The notes under the pieces were generated by a model that saw nothing but the letters and a program-made list of their open reading frames with translations, was not told the origin of the DNA and did no database searches. Source: Minisyncoccia bacterium (GTDB lineage Bacteria > Patescibacteriota > Minisyncoccia > UBA6257 > 2-01-FULL-56-20). Taken from it: 64,000 nucleotides of DNA. Location of the stretch: the NCBI GenBank assembly GCA_050015515.1, contig JBEKBG010000002.1, forward strand, positions 18,777 through 82,776, written 5' to 3'. Made by a program: the position numbers and the translations under genes. Position 1 is the stretch's first letter. Each line of letters starts with the position of its first letter. Positions 47,075-58,671 of this stretch are shown here, piece after piece.

Positions 47075-49648
47075 ATGGCAGACGAATTATCACTCGACGC
47101 GCTTGCGAAGAAAACGCCCGACGAGATCTTTGCGGCGCTCAAAACCTCCGCGCGTGGGCTTTCCGCGCAAGAGGCGGCCGCGCGGCTCACGACCTACGGC
47201 CCGAACGAGTTTGCGGGTCGGAAAAAACTCCAGCCACTTTTGATATTTCTTTCCAAATTTCGGAACCCGCTGCAGATCCTGTTGATCGTCGCGGCGATCA
47301 TCTCCGGCATTTTGGGATCACACATCGAGGCGATCATCATTTTAGTGATCGTGTTCGGCAGCGCGTTCATCGATTTCTTCAATACGTATAAATCCGCACA
47401 GGCGGCGGAGGCGCTGCAGGAAAAAGTGACGATCACCGCGGCGGTGATGCGCGGCGGTGAGTTGAAAGAGCGCTCGTTGCGCGAAGTGGTGCCGGGAGAT
47501 GTTTTTACGCTGGAAGCGGGGGATCTGGTCCCCGCCGACGCGATCGTCATTGAAGCGCATGATTTGTTTTTGAACGAAGGCGTGCTGACGGGGGAATCGT
47601 TGCCGGTGGAGAAAGAGGCGGGGGTCGCGACGGGCGCGTCGGCATCGACGGGGTTCGCCGCGCGGACCATCCTCCTCGGCACCAGCGTGGTTTCCGGCAA
47701 CGGCACGGCGGTGGCGGTGCTGACGGGCGCGCACACGAGCGTAGGCAATATCGCAGACAAGCTCAAGCGCCCGGACGCACCGACAGAGTTTGAAAAGAAC
47801 CTCAAAGATTTCAGTCTGTTCATTTTCCGCACTACGTTATTTCTGGTACTCGCCGTCATCTTGCTGAATATTTTTGTGATCCGACGCGATCCGTTGCAGA
47901 TTTTCATCTTTGCAGTCGCGATCGCGGTCGGCCTCACGCCGGAGCTGTTGCCGCTCATCGTCACGAGCAATCTCGCCAAGGGCGCCATCGAGATGTCCAA
48001 AAATGGCGTCATCGTCAAGAAGCTGGCGGCGATCCACAACTTTGGTAGCGTGGATGTGCTTTGCACGGACAAGACCGGTACGCTCACGGAAGATCGCATC
48101 ACTTTGATAAAATGTGTGGACGTCATGGGCGTAGAGAGCGATGAGACGAATCTGTGGGGTTATCTGAGCAGCAAGAACTTGACCGGTGTGCGTGGCGTAC
48201 TTGACGAAGCGATAGAGGAATTTAAAAAAATAGATATCGCCGGTTGGGAAAAGGTAGATGAGATCCCGTTCGATGCCGAGCGAAAGCTGGAATCGGTGAT
48301 CGTAAAAAAAGGGAAGGATACCGTGTTAATCGCAAAGGGTGCCCCAGAAGAGATTTTAAAGATAGCGGATCATTACGACGGACATCTCAGCGTGAGCGGT
48401 AAAGCGATCAAGCCGAAAAAACTCACGCCCGCGCTCCGCGCCAAGATCAATAAAGAGTACGAGGCGCTCTCCGCCGACGGCTTCCGCGTGCTCGCGCTCG
48501 GTATAAAAGAGGTCGCGCATAAGACGACGCCGTATAGCAAAAAAGACGAGAGCGATATTTCCTTCGTCGGTTTCCTCGCATTCCTCGATCCGCCGAAAAA
48601 GAGCGCCAAGGACACGCTTGCCAAGATGGCGGCGTATCACGTGGCGATCAAGATCATCACCGGTGACAACTTTTTGGTGACGAAAAAAATCGCGGACGAG
48701 ATCGGTCTGCCGATCATCGGTGCGCTCACGGGCGATGAGATGGCAAAGATGAACGAGCACGAACTTCACGCCAAGGTGGAGACGGCGAACATCTTTACGC
48801 GTGTCAACCCGGAGCAGAAGGAACACATTATTCGCATCTTGCGCGAGAACAAGCACGTCGTGGCGTATATGGGCGACGGCGTGAACGATGTCCTCTCTAT
48901 TAAGGAGGCGGACGTTGGCATCTCCGTCAATAACGCAGTGGATATTGCCAAGGAAACGGCAGACATCATTTTGCTGCGCAAAGGACTCGGCGAAATCATC
49001 GACGGCATCGTGGAGGGCCGCAAGACGTTCGCCAACACGTTCAAATATCTGATGATGGCGCTCTCGTCAAACTTCGGCAACATGTTCAGCATGCCGATCG
49101 CGTCCGTCTTCCTGCCGTTCCTGCCGATGACCGCGCCGCAGATCTTGCTCAACAACTTTCTCTACGATTCGTCACAGCTCTCAATCCCGTTCGACAAAGT
49201 GGACCAGGATTTCCTCGCACGGCCCAAAAAATTCAACATCGCGTACATGAAGAAGTTCATGTACATCTTCGGTCCGCTGTCGTCGCTCTTTGATTTTGCC
49301 ACGTTCGGCGTTCTACTCCTTGTGCTACATACGAATGGCATGGCGTTTCAGACCGGCTGGTTCCTAGAATCCATCGCCACGCAAACGCTTGTCGTGAACA
49401 TCATCCGGAGCAAGTTTAACTTCTGGCAGAACGGGGGACCGAGCAAAGCGCTCGTCCTCGCCACGTTCGGCGCCGTCGCCGTCGGCTGGGGGATCACGTA
49501 CTCGTTCCTCGGTCCCGCGTTCGGCTTCGCGAAGTTCGGGCTGTATCCGGTGTTGCTTATCTTGGTGATCGTTGCGGCATATCTGCTACTCGTGGAGTTC
49601 GTAAAAAAGTATTTCTTTAGGAAGTATGAATATTTGATAGAGAAATAA
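47075..49648 (+). CDS. mgtA: Magnesium-translocating P-type ATPase
   Basis: TGES, AVGLTPELLP, DKTGTLT, GDGVND, SSNFGNMFS. Confidence 0.93.
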   Translation: MADELSLDALAKKTPDEIFAALKTSARGLSAQEAAARLTTYGPNEFAGRKKLQPLLIFLSKFRNPLQILLIVAAIISGILGSHIEAIIILVIVFGSAFIDFFNTYKSAQAAEALQEKVTITAAVMRGGELKERSLREVVPGDVFTLEAGDLVPADAIVIEAHDLFLNEGVLTGESLPVEKEAGVATGASASTGFAARTILLGTSVVSGNGTAVAVLTGAHTSVGNIADKLKRPDAPTEFEKNLKDFSLFIFRTTLFLVLAVILLNIFVIRRDPLQIFIFAVAIAVGLTPELLPLIVTSNLAKGAIEMSKNGVIVKKLAAIHNFGSVDVLCTDKTGTLTEDRITLIKCVDVMGVESDETNLWGYLSSKNLTGVRGVLDEAIEEFKKIDIAGWEKVDEIPFDAERKLESVIVKKGKDTVLIAKGAPEEILKIADHYDGHLSVSGKAIKPKKLTPALRAKINKEYEALSADGFRVLALGIKEVAHKTTPYSKKDESDISFVGFLAFLDPPKKSAKDTLAKMAAYHVAIKIITGDNFLVTKKIADEIGLPIIGALTGDEMAKMNEHELHAKVETANIFTRVNPEQKEHIIRILRENKHVVAYMGDGVNDVLSIKEADVGISVNNAVDIAKETADIILLRKGLGEIIDGIVEGRKTFANTFKYLMMALSSNFGNMFSMPIASVFLPFLPMTAPQILLNNFLYDSSQLSIPFDKVDQDFLARPKKFNIAYMKKFMYIFGPLSSLFDFATFGVLLLVLHTNGMAFQTGWFLESIATQTLVVNIIRSKFNFWQNGGPSKALVLATFGAVAVGWGITYSFLGPAFGFAKFGLYPVLLILVIVAAYLLLVEFVKKYFFRKYEYLIEK

Positions 49649-49720
49649 AAATACCCTAGGCATCTCGCTCCGACGTAAGCACGTCCACTCGCTCAATGCC
49701 TAGGGTATTTTTATTTCTCT
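49639..49720. repeat. Mirror-arm hairpin element, core family B'
   Basis: Perfect 25-bp arms that include mgtA GAG AAA TAA; core CTCGCTCCGACGTAAGCACGTCCACTCGCTCA. Confidence 0.88.
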
Positions 49721-49765
49721 CGCGGAAGCGAATTGACAAATAATATGGATATTCTATTATCCTCC

Positions 49766-49975
49766 ATAGTAGCGGCACTCGCGCGGGCTCATCGGGATTT
49801 CGTTCCCGTGTCAGAGCATAACCCATGTCATGCCTTGGCTGTTCTCCATCCGCCATGTGCCACCGGGTTGCCTATCGCGCACCGACCGCGCTGAGGAAGG
49901 GTAGCGGATTACAGTTTATACCTTCAAACAGAACCACACGAGATGCACTTCCGCTTTGCATCTCGTTTTAATTTT
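49766..49975 (+). ncRNA. Candidate ~210-nt non-coding RNA
   Basis: TTGACA-16-TATTAT promoter (49733-49760); GC-rich stems; terminator ACGAGATGCA...TGCATCTCGT-TTT. Confidence 0.5.
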
Positions 49976-49989
49976 ATGCAGGTCGAGGA

Positions 49990-50469
49990 TTATTTTTCCG
50001 TGTTCACCCCCTTCTCTAATACTTCCGAAACATTCAATTTTCGCAACAAGTAGAGCAATATCGCGAGCAGTACCGCCGCCGCGAACGCGAACTGCGTGAG
50101 CCCGATGCCGACGAGCGCGCCCACGGCCGCCGCTGTCCAGATGAGCGCCGCGGTCGTCACGCCGTGCGGCTGGTCGTTCAATTTGATGATAAGTCCTGCG
50201 CCGAGGAATCCGATGCCCACAACGATGTTTGCGATGACGGCGAAGCCGCTATTGAGCGCCGTGGCGTCCGGCAACGCGCCCTGCGTCGCCGCGGTGATGT
50301 ACGGGAGCGTGAGCGCTATCATCGCAAAGATGGAAGCGCCGCTCGTAACGAGCATCGTCGTGCGGATCCCGGCAGATTCTTTACCCACCAGCTCCCGTTC
50401 CAAGCCGAGCAGCGCGCCGAGCACGAGCGCGATCGCGAACCGCAGAAACATTTGTTCAAACGTCAACAT
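49990..50469 (-). CDS. MgtC/SapB family membrane protein
   Basis: LGLERE, AGIRT, GIGFLGAG, GVTTAA. Confidence 0.92.
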   Translation of the reverse strand: MLTFEQMFLRFAIALVLGALLGLERELVGKESAGIRTTMLVTSGASIFAMIALTLPYITAATQGALPDATALNSGFAVIANIVVGIGFLGAGLIIKLNDQPHGVTTAALIWTAAAVGALVGIGLTQFAFAAAVLLAILLYLLRKLNVSEVLEKGVNTEK

Positions 50470-50492
50470 TGTATTAATATTAGCATAACGAT

Positions 50493-51905
50493 ATGAAAGA
50501 ACGAATATATATAGCGGATTTGGCGGGCCACGTCGGTGAGGAGGTCGTCATAAAGGGTTGGGTGGATGTCCGCCGTGATCAGGGCAAGCTCATTTTTTTT
50601 GATTTCCGCGATATGAGCGGTTATGTGCAGGGCGTCGTTTTGCCGAACGCCGTCACGGCGCACGAGGTCGGCGCGAAGCTTCGCCCGGAGTGGGTGGTGG
50701 AGGTGCACGGCAAAATCAACAAGCGTCCGGATAAAAATATCCAAACGGCAAAGCAGAATGGCGATATCGAGCTCGAGATTTTATCCATCACCGTTTTGAA
50801 CGAAGCGGAAACGCCGCCGTTCGACGTCACCGGCGACGGCCGCGACATCAGCGAGGACGTTCGCTTGAAATATCGCTATCTTGATCTGCGCCGCCCACGG
50901 TTGCAGCGCAACCTTGCGTTCCGCCACCGCATCATTACGTTTATCCGCCGCTACTTGGACGAGCGGGGATTTTTGGAGATCGAGACGCCGAACCTCACTC
51001 GTTCCACCCCCGAAGGCGCGCGTGATTATCTGGTGCCGTCACGAATCCAAAACGGGAACTTTTACGCGTTGCCGCAATCGCCTCAGCAGTATAAACAACT
51101 ATTGATGGTTGCCGGCGTGGAAAAATATTTCCAGATTGCGCGCTGTTTCCGCGATGAGGATACGCGTGGCGACCGTCAGCCGGAATTTACCCAGCTCGAT
51201 ATGGAAATGAGCTTCATTGAAGAAGAGGATGTACTGCGGCTCAATGAAGAACTTTTGATAAAGCTTGTGCAAATCCTCGCGCCGGAAAAGAAAATTCAGG
51301 AGGTCCCGTTCCCGCGCATCACATACCGAGAGGCGATGAAAAAATACGGTACCGATCGGCCAGATATGCGTACCGACAAAAACGACCCGAACCTGCTCGC
51401 ATTCTGTTGGGTGATCGATTTCCCATTTTTTGAAAAGACGGAAGAGGGTGGCTGGACGTTCACCCATAATCCGTTCTCCGCGCCGAAGTCGGAGTTCATG
51501 GATGATCTGCTCGCCAAACGGAATCTCGGCGACATCCTTACCACACAGTACGACGTTGCGATGAACGGATTGGAGATCGGGGGCGGCAGTATTCGCAATC
51601 ATCAGCCGAAGGCGCTTGAGGCGGTTTTTGAGATCATGGGATTCGAAACGGATCGCATCCACAAGAACTTTGGCCATATGATCGAAGCGCTTGGGTTTGG
51701 CGCGCCGCCGCATGGCGGCATCGCGTGGGGGCTGGACCGACTCATCTCGCTCCTTGCCGCAGAGCCGAACATCCGCGAGGTCATCCCGTTCCCGAAGACC
51801 GGCGAAGGGAAGGATCCAATGATGGGATCCCCCGCGCCGGTGGACAAGAAGCAGTTGGATGAACTAGGATTGGAAATCAAGAAATCGGAAAAGAAAAATA
51901 AATAA
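50493..51905 (+). CDS. aspS: Aspartate--tRNA ligase (short, lacks GAD insert)
   Basis: STPEGARDY, LPQSPQ, FRDED, GAPPHGG. Confidence 0.96.
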   Translation: MKERIYIADLAGHVGEEVVIKGWVDVRRDQGKLIFFDFRDMSGYVQGVVLPNAVTAHEVGAKLRPEWVVEVHGKINKRPDKNIQTAKQNGDIELEILSITVLNEAETPPFDVTGDGRDISEDVRLKYRYLDLRRPRLQRNLAFRHRIITFIRRYLDERGFLEIETPNLTRSTPEGARDYLVPSRIQNGNFYALPQSPQQYKQLLMVAGVEKYFQIARCFRDEDTRGDRQPEFTQLDMEMSFIEEEDVLRLNEELLIKLVQILAPEKKIQEVPFPRITYREAMKKYGTDRPDMRTDKNDPNLLAFCWVIDFPFFEKTEEGGWTFTHNPFSAPKSEFMDDLLAKRNLGDILTTQYDVAMNGLEIGGGSIRNHQPKALEAVFEIMGFETDRIHKNFGHMIEALGFGAPPHGGIAWGLDRLISLLAAEPNIREVIPFPKTGEGKDPMMGSPAPVDKKQLDELGLEIKKSEKKNK

Positions 51906-51920
51906 TTTATAAACCTAACA

Positions 51921-53003
51921 ATGAAAGATATAGATTTTCCTATTTACAAAACAAAGTGCGAAGGCATTGCGCAAGTATACAACCTTAACGATCCTGTTCA
52001 GCGCAAGACTTATTTTGAAGCAAAACTTGGCCCTCAGGTCGCCGCCATTAAGAAGTTTCTTGAGAAAAAAGCTTTTGTTGCATTTTTGATCGGGAAAAAA
52101 AATACGGGGAAAGGTACATACTCGAAGCTTTTTATGGAAATTGTCGGCAAGGAACATGTTGGGCATTTATCGGTCGGTGATCTCGTGCGTGACGTTCACG
52201 CAGCGATTGGCGACGAAAAGAATAGGGCCGCGCTCGCGGCATTTCTCAAGGAAAACTATCGTGGGTTTAATACGATAGAAGAGATCTTTGATCTCATAGA
52301 GGGACGGAGCCAGGAAAAGCTTATGTCTTCGGAGTTGATTCTTGCGCTTATCAAATATGAAATATCCAAACGTCCAAAGCAAGCGCTTTTTATAGACGGC
52401 TTTCCTCGCGCGCTTGGTCAGATCAATTATGCCCTATTCCTCAAAGAGATTCTTGGCTATCAGGAGCATCCTGATTTCTTGGTATTTATCGACGTTCCCG
52501 AAAGCGTGATTGACGAACGTATCAAGTATCGGGTCGTTTGCCCTATTTGCAAGACACCCCGCAATACGCGGCTTCTCGCCACCAAGGATGTCGGCTATGA
52601 CGAAAAAGAAGGCAAATTCTACCTGATGTGTGATAACCCAACCTGTAACAAGGCACGGATGCTTCCGAAAGAAGGAGACGAATTGGGCATCGGACCGATT
52701 CGTGCGCGTCTTGAGGCGGACGATCAGGTGTTTCGGCAGTTGCTTGGGTTGACCGGTATACCAAAGGCGTACCTGAGGAATTCTATCCCGGTTGCCAAGG
52801 CAAAAGAGTATGTTGATGATTATGAGATCACGCCGGGTTATGAGTACAAGAAAGACCCAACTACGGGCAAGATAACGACCATTGAAAAACCTTGGGTCAT
52901 CAATGATGACAACGGCGTACCCTCTTACAGCTTATTGCCGCCGGCGGTCGTCGCGGGATTGATTGATCAGGTCGCGAAAATTTTACAGGAAAATGGATCT
53001 TGA
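51921..53003 (+). CDS. Large adenylate-kinase-like P-loop protein with Cys-rich LID
   Basis: GKKNTGKGT, HLSVGD, IDGFPR, CPIC...CDNPTC. Confidence 0.75.
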   Translation: MKDIDFPIYKTKCEGIAQVYNLNDPVQRKTYFEAKLGPQVAAIKKFLEKKAFVAFLIGKKNTGKGTYSKLFMEIVGKEHVGHLSVGDLVRDVHAAIGDEKNRAALAAFLKENYRGFNTIEEIFDLIEGRSQEKLMSSELILALIKYEISKRPKQALFIDGFPRALGQINYALFLKEILGYQEHPDFLVFIDVPESVIDERIKYRVVCPICKTPRNTRLLATKDVGYDEKEGKFYLMCDNPTCNKARMLPKEGDELGIGPIRARLEADDQVFRQLLGLTGIPKAYLRNSIPVAKAKEYVDDYEITPGYEYKKDPTTGKITTIEKPWVINDDNGVPSYSLLPPAVVAGLIDQVAKILQENGS

Positions 53004-53478
53004 TCCACGGCTCCATTTTGTCACCGCGACCGCTGTCGTTGCACGGAAAGATGCGGACGGTGCCCTACGGTTCCTAATTGCCAAACGCGCGCCGACGGAA
53101 AAGGCGTTTCCGAACAAATGGACGTTACCCGGCGGAAAGTTGGTGCGGAGCGAATACGAATCAATTCCCTACAGCACCGCGTTCCCGCAATGGCGTAACA
53201 TGATGGACTGGCTGGTGCGGAAAGAAACATTGGAGGAAGTGAATGTGGAGGTTGAAGATATAACATATCTCACCGATCTTGTGTTCGTGCGGCCTGACGG
53301 TTATCCAGTCGTCACATTCTCGTTCTGGTGTATGTACAAATCGGGCGATGCGAAACCCGGAAAGGACCTGACAGAGGTCGCCTGGATAACGGCGGAGGAG
53401 GCGGCGAAATATGACATGATTGACGGGATCCCAGAGGAGATAATGGCGACCGCGAAGATCATTGGGCTTTCTAAATAG
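52993..53478 (+). CDS. NUDIX hydrolase
   Basis: WTLPGG...RKETLEEVN. Confidence 0.85.
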   Translation: MDLDPRLHFVTATAVVARKDADGALRFLIAKRAPTEKAFPNKWTLPGGKLVRSEYESIPYSTAFPQWRNMMDWLVRKETLEEVNVEVEDITYLTDLVFVRPDGYPVVTFSFWCMYKSGDAKPGKDLTEVAWITAEEAAKYDMIDGIPEEIMATAKIIGLSK

Positions 53479-53493
53479 CTTTCATAGTCTCTT

Positions 53494-53967
53494 ATGGAAC
53501 AAACCACCCTCTGCTTTTTATTGAACGATCGCGGGGAAGTGTTGCTTGCCATGAAGAAGCGTGGATTCGGCGTCGGAAAGTGGAACGGTATCGGGGGAAA
53601 GGTACGGGAAGGGGAGGACGTCGTTGCATCGGCGATGCGGGAAATAAAGGAAGAGATTGGTGTCATGGTTTCGCCAAGTGATCTCGAACCGGTAGGGATG
53701 CTGGAGTTTACATACAGCGATAGCCATGACTGGGATCAGGTGTGCAATTTGTTTATCGCGCGGCGATGGAAGGGTGATCCGTCGGAGTCCGAGAAGATGC
53801 GACCGCAATGGTATGCCCGCACGGCAGTGCCATTCGACGCGATGTGGATCGATGACCCGCATTGGCTTCCGCTCGTCCTTGCGGGGAAAAAGATCAAAGG
53901 AAAGTTCTTATTCGAAGACAAGGGCGGCTCGCTCATTAATTTCGCCGTTTCGGAAATTCATTCTTAA
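53494..53967 (+). CDS. 8-oxo-dGTP diphosphatase (MTH1-like NUDIX)
   Basis: KKRGFGVGKWNGIGGK, REIKEEIG, MWIDD. Confidence 0.88.
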   Translation: MEQTTLCFLLNDRGEVLLAMKKRGFGVGKWNGIGGKVREGEDVVASAMREIKEEIGVMVSPSDLEPVGMLEFTYSDSHDWDQVCNLFIARRWKGDPSESEKMRPQWYARTAVPFDAMWIDDPHWLPLVLAGKKIKGKFLFEDKGGSLINFAVSEIHS

Positions 53968-53979
53968 TAATCAGCGCGA

Positions 53980-54066
53980 GCAGAAACAAAATAGCAATCC
54001 TGTTTTTGACGGTCATGTTCCGACGTGGCATTTCCGTCAAAAACAGGATTGCTATTTTGTTTCTGC
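53980..54066. repeat. Mirror-arm hairpin element, core family B
   Basis: Perfect 33-bp arms that include the last 5 codons of prfA; core reverse complement AAATGCCACGTCGGAACATGA. Confidence 0.92.
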
Positions 54067-54777
54067 GAACGCCTTCACGATCGGATCAAACTCGCCTTCC
54101 ATGATCTTCTCGATGTTGTGCCACTTTTTGCCGAGGCGGTGGTCGGTGATGCGGTCGTCGGGGAAGTTATAGGTGCGGATCTTTTCCGAGCGGTCGGCGG
54201 AGCCGATCTGGTCACGGCGATCCTGGGCGATGTTGCCGGCGGCGCGGATCTGTTCTAATTCATAGAGCTTTGCGCGCAAGACGTCCATCGCTTTCTCGCG
54301 GTTCGCGTATTGCGAGCGCTCCTCGCGCGAGGCGACGACGATGCCGGTGGGCTTGTGCAAAATACGCACCGCAGTTTCCACTTTGTTGACGTTTTGTCCG
54401 CCCGGGCCGCCCGCGCGTGAGAACGTCACCTCGAGATCGTTCGGCGAGACGTTCACTTCGCGCGCTTCCACAATCGGCAAAATTGCCACGGAGGCGGTGG
54501 AGGTATGTACGCGCCCCGCCTTTTCCGTCTTCGGGATGCGCTGCACGCGATGCACGCCCGATTCGTGCTTCAAAGCTTCGTAGCAACCCTCTCCTCTTAC
54601 CTCGGCGGTCAGGCTTTTATATCCTTGCGAATTCTCGCTCGCGTCTAGAATGGAAAAACTCCAACCTCGCCGCGCGGCGTAGCGCTGATACATGCGCGCC
54701 AGATCGCCGGCAAAAATAGAAGCTTCGTCGCCGCCGGCGCCGGCCCGTATTTCCACAATGATCTTGTTGGTGGTCAT
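54052..54777 (-). CDS. prfA: Peptide chain release factor 1, N-terminally short
   Basis: [14 protein letters not shown] (RF1 PxT motif), [17 protein letters not shown]. Confidence 0.9.
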   Translation of the reverse strand: MTTNKIIVEIRAGAGGDEASIFAGDLARMYQRYAARRGWSFSILDASENSQGYKSLTAEVRGEGCYEALKHESGVHRVQRIPKTEKAGRVHTSTASVAILPIVEAREVNVSPNDLEVTFSRAGGPGGQNVNKVETAVRILHKPTGIVVASREERSQYANREKAMDVLRAKLYELEQIRAAGNIAQDRRDQIGSADRSEKIRTYNFPDDRITDHRLGKKWHNIEKIMEGEFDPIVKAFAETK

Positions 54778-54821
54778 GGAAGAGGATTCGATTTTTCAGT
54801 CATTATGGTATCATATTATCA

Positions 54822-55211
54822 ATGGCAGAACAAAAACTTATCTTGATCGTCGATGATGAGCTGGCATTCCGGGAGATCTTTGGCGCCAAGTTCGCCGCCG
54901 ATGGATTCCGTATTGAGACCGCCGAGAACGGGCAGATCGGCATTGAAAAGGCAAAGGCGCTCAAGCCGGATCTGATCCTTATGGATGTGAATATGCCGGT
55001 AATGGACGGCCCTACCGCGGTGTTGAAACTCCGCGACGATCCGGAAACGAAGGGCCTGAAGGTGGTATTTCTTACCAACCTGGGCAATCCGCAGAAAGAA
55101 ATGCAAGAGTTGAACCATAAATTTTCACAGGATTTCGGTGCGCAAGGATATTTAAAAAAGACCGATGATCTTGACGCTTTGAACGAAAGAGTAAAAGCAT
55201 TTCTCGTATGA
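54822..55211 (+). CDS. Single-domain response regulator
   Basis: VDDE, PDLILMDVNMPVMDG. Confidence 0.9.
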   Translation: MAEQKLILIVDDELAFREIFGAKFAADGFRIETAENGQIGIEKAKALKPDLILMDVNMPVMDGPTAVLKLRDDPETKGLKVVFLTNLGNPQKEMQELNHKFSQDFGAQGYLKKTDDLDALNERVKAFLV

Positions 55212-55603
55212 GAGAGAAACCGTTGATCCTTGTGGTGGATGATGAGCAGGACCTTCGGGAGATCATGGTGTTAAAGTTGAGCGCGTCGGGGTTTGAGGCG
55301 ATCGTCGCTACCGATGCAAAAGAAGGGGTCGCCGCGGCAAAGCAATCGCATCCCGATCTCATATTGATGGACATCCATATGCCGGGCGAGTCGGGAACCG
55401 ACGCGGCGCTTGAGATCAAACAGAATCCGGAAACGAAAGACATCAAAATCGCATTTTTGAGCAACCTCAAAGACCCATGGCCACGAACCGCGCCCGCGCG
55501 CAACGATCTGGCGAAGTCGCTCGGCATGGAGGACTTTATCGATAAAACAGAAGACTTGGATATTACTGTTGCAAAAGTGCGAGAAATTTTAGCACGCGCA
55601 TAG
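55208..55603 (+). CDS. Single-domain response regulator
   Basis: VDDE, PDLILMDIHMPG. Confidence 0.9.
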   Translation: MREKPLILVVDDEQDLREIMVLKLSASGFEAIVATDAKEGVAAAKQSHPDLILMDIHMPGESGTDAALEIKQNPETKDIKIAFLSNLKDPWPRTAPARNDLAKSLGMEDFIDKTEDLDITVAKVREILARA

Positions 55604-55684
55604 CAAAAGACCCTTCTTCTTTTTGACGGTTACGTTCCTACGTGGCATTTCCGTCAAAAAGAAGAAGGGTCTTTTGCTATGCGC
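55596..55684. repeat. Mirror-arm hairpin element, core family B
   Basis: Perfect 34-bp arms between convergent genes; core reverse complement AAATGCCACGTAGGAACGTAA. Confidence 0.92.
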
Positions 55685-55927
55685 TTATTGTTTCTTCGGG
55701 CGTATTTTCTTCGGCTTCGGTTCAACCTTGGCGGCGCGGCGTGACTTGAACTTCTCTACGCGTCCTGCGGTGTCGATCAACTTCTCTTCTCCGGTGTAGA
55801 ACGGATGGCATTGCGCGCAAATTTCAACGCGGATCTCTTCCTGGGTGGCGCCGGTCGTGAACGTGTTGCCGCAGGCGCAGATGACCGTCGCCTTCGGAAA
55901 ATACTTTGGATGGATTCCTGTTTTCAT
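55685..55927 (-). CDS. rpmE: 50S ribosomal protein L31 (Zn-binding type)
   Basis: [23 protein letters not shown]. Confidence 0.97.
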   Translation of the reverse strand: MKTGIHPKYFPKATVICACGNTFTTGATQEEIRVEICAQCHPFYTGEEKLIDTAGRVEKFKSRRAAKVEPKPKKIRPKKQ

Positions 55928-56020
55928 GATGTTGTCTATTATAGGGGATAAAATTTGGTTCGTCAAATAACGATAAAAAGTAGATGAGCCTGTCGCAGAT
56001 TGCGACAGGCTCAGGCGGGG

Positions 56021-56266
56021 TCACTTGTACTTCTTGGCCAATTCCTTCAGGGATAAGTGAACGAGATAGCTAACGGCCACGAAAACAATGAGTGATAGCC
56101 AGATCGGCGAGTTGTCGTAACCGTGATCGAAGGCTGCAAAAAGTGCGCCGATAAATCCGCTCGCGATCCATTCTATGATCGCAATCGCCAGTTCTCGCGG
56201 ATTGGCGGCGGTTTTTTGGGGCTGCTCTTCTGGAGCAGGCCAACCCATTTTCTCAGGTTTATCCAT
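56021..56266 (-). CDS. Small membrane hypothetical protein
   Basis: Two TM segments; SD AGGAGG upstream. Confidence 0.6.
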   Translation of the reverse strand: MDKPEKMGWPAPEEQPQKTAANPRELAIAIIEWIASGFIGALFAAFDHGYDNSPIWLSLIVFVAVSYLVHLSLKELAKKYK

Positions 56267-56320
56267 AAGACCCCCTCCTTTGGGAGTGCTGGTGATATAC
56301 TAACATATAATATCCGATAT

Positions 56321-56408
56321 TGTCAATAGCAGGGATGCCCGGCCTTATATGCCTCTAGGCAGGTGACCGTTTGGTATACAGGCCGGGCATCCCTGCGCCC
56401 TATTGACA
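56321..56408. repeat. Mirror-arm hairpin element, core family C
   Basis: Arms GCAGGGATGCCCGGCCT.../...AGGCCGGGCATCCCTGC extending to TGTCAATAG/CTATTGACA; core motif GCCTC-N9-GACCGTTTGG. Confidence 0.75.
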
Positions 56409-56430
56409 CCCTGCCGCCATTTGCTACAAT
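56403..56430 (+). promoter_or_regulatory. 16S rRNA promoter
   Basis: TTGACA-16-TGC-TACAAT. Confidence 0.75.
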
Positions 56431-56602
56431 AGACCTCGTTGTATCGAGCTGACCTTTCACAATTAAATGGTAAGGAAAAAAGAGAGAGTTTTTTAGTTGT
56501 CCCAATTTATTCTTTTTGGCAACGTTAAGAAGTAATCAAATGTTGCAAAGCAAAAAACATAGGATCATCGTCTGAAGTTTTTGAGACTTCAGGCGTTATC
56601 TT

Positions 56603-58141
<1,539 letters not shown>

Positions 58142-58271
58142 AATCTATAAAATTCGTTTTTATAGAGTCGAACTTTCTTCTCTTTGGCCAGCGAATCGAT
58201 CGCAGGCGAAAGCGAGGGAGGTAATTGGGACAACTAAAAAGCTCTTTGTATAAATATGGTAGAATATATCT

Positions 58272-58649
58272 ATGCCTGTTAATGCCAAAAAGATCATGAT
58301 CATCGAGGACGACCGTTTTTTGTCGTCCTTAATGAAGGCGCGCCTTGAGAAGGAGGGTTTTGTGGTGACGCAGGCGTTTGACGGGGAGGAGGCGATGGAG
58401 ATGTTGAAGCAAGATATCCCGTCGCTCATCATCCTCGATCTCATCATGCCGAAGGTCACTGGATTCGAGGTGTTGCAGATGATCTCGATCACGCCGCAGC
58501 TTGAAAAGGTGCCGGTCGTCATCGTAAGCAACCTTGCCCAGGATTCTGATATTGAGAAAGCACAACAGCTTGGGGCAAAAGAATATTTCGTGAAGGTAAG
58601 AGTATCCATAGACGACCTTATTGAAAAAATAAAGACATTGGTGCTATAA
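58272..58649 (+). CDS. Single-domain response regulator
   Basis: IEDD, PSLIILDLIMPKVTG. Confidence 0.9.
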   Translation: MPVNAKKIMIIEDDRFLSSLMKARLEKEGFVVTQAFDGEEAMEMLKQDIPSLIILDLIMPKVTGFEVLQMISITPQLEKVPVVIVSNLAQDSDIEKAQQLGAKEYFVKVRVSIDDLIEKIKTLVL

Positions 58650-58671
58650 TGACCGACATCCGCATAAAACA

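Noticed and set aside
54052-54810. prfB-type programmed frameshift explaining the short release factor
   Set aside because: The protein has the RF1 PxT motif, there is no CTT-TGA slippery site with an upstream frame of suitable size, and there is no room for an N-terminal domain.
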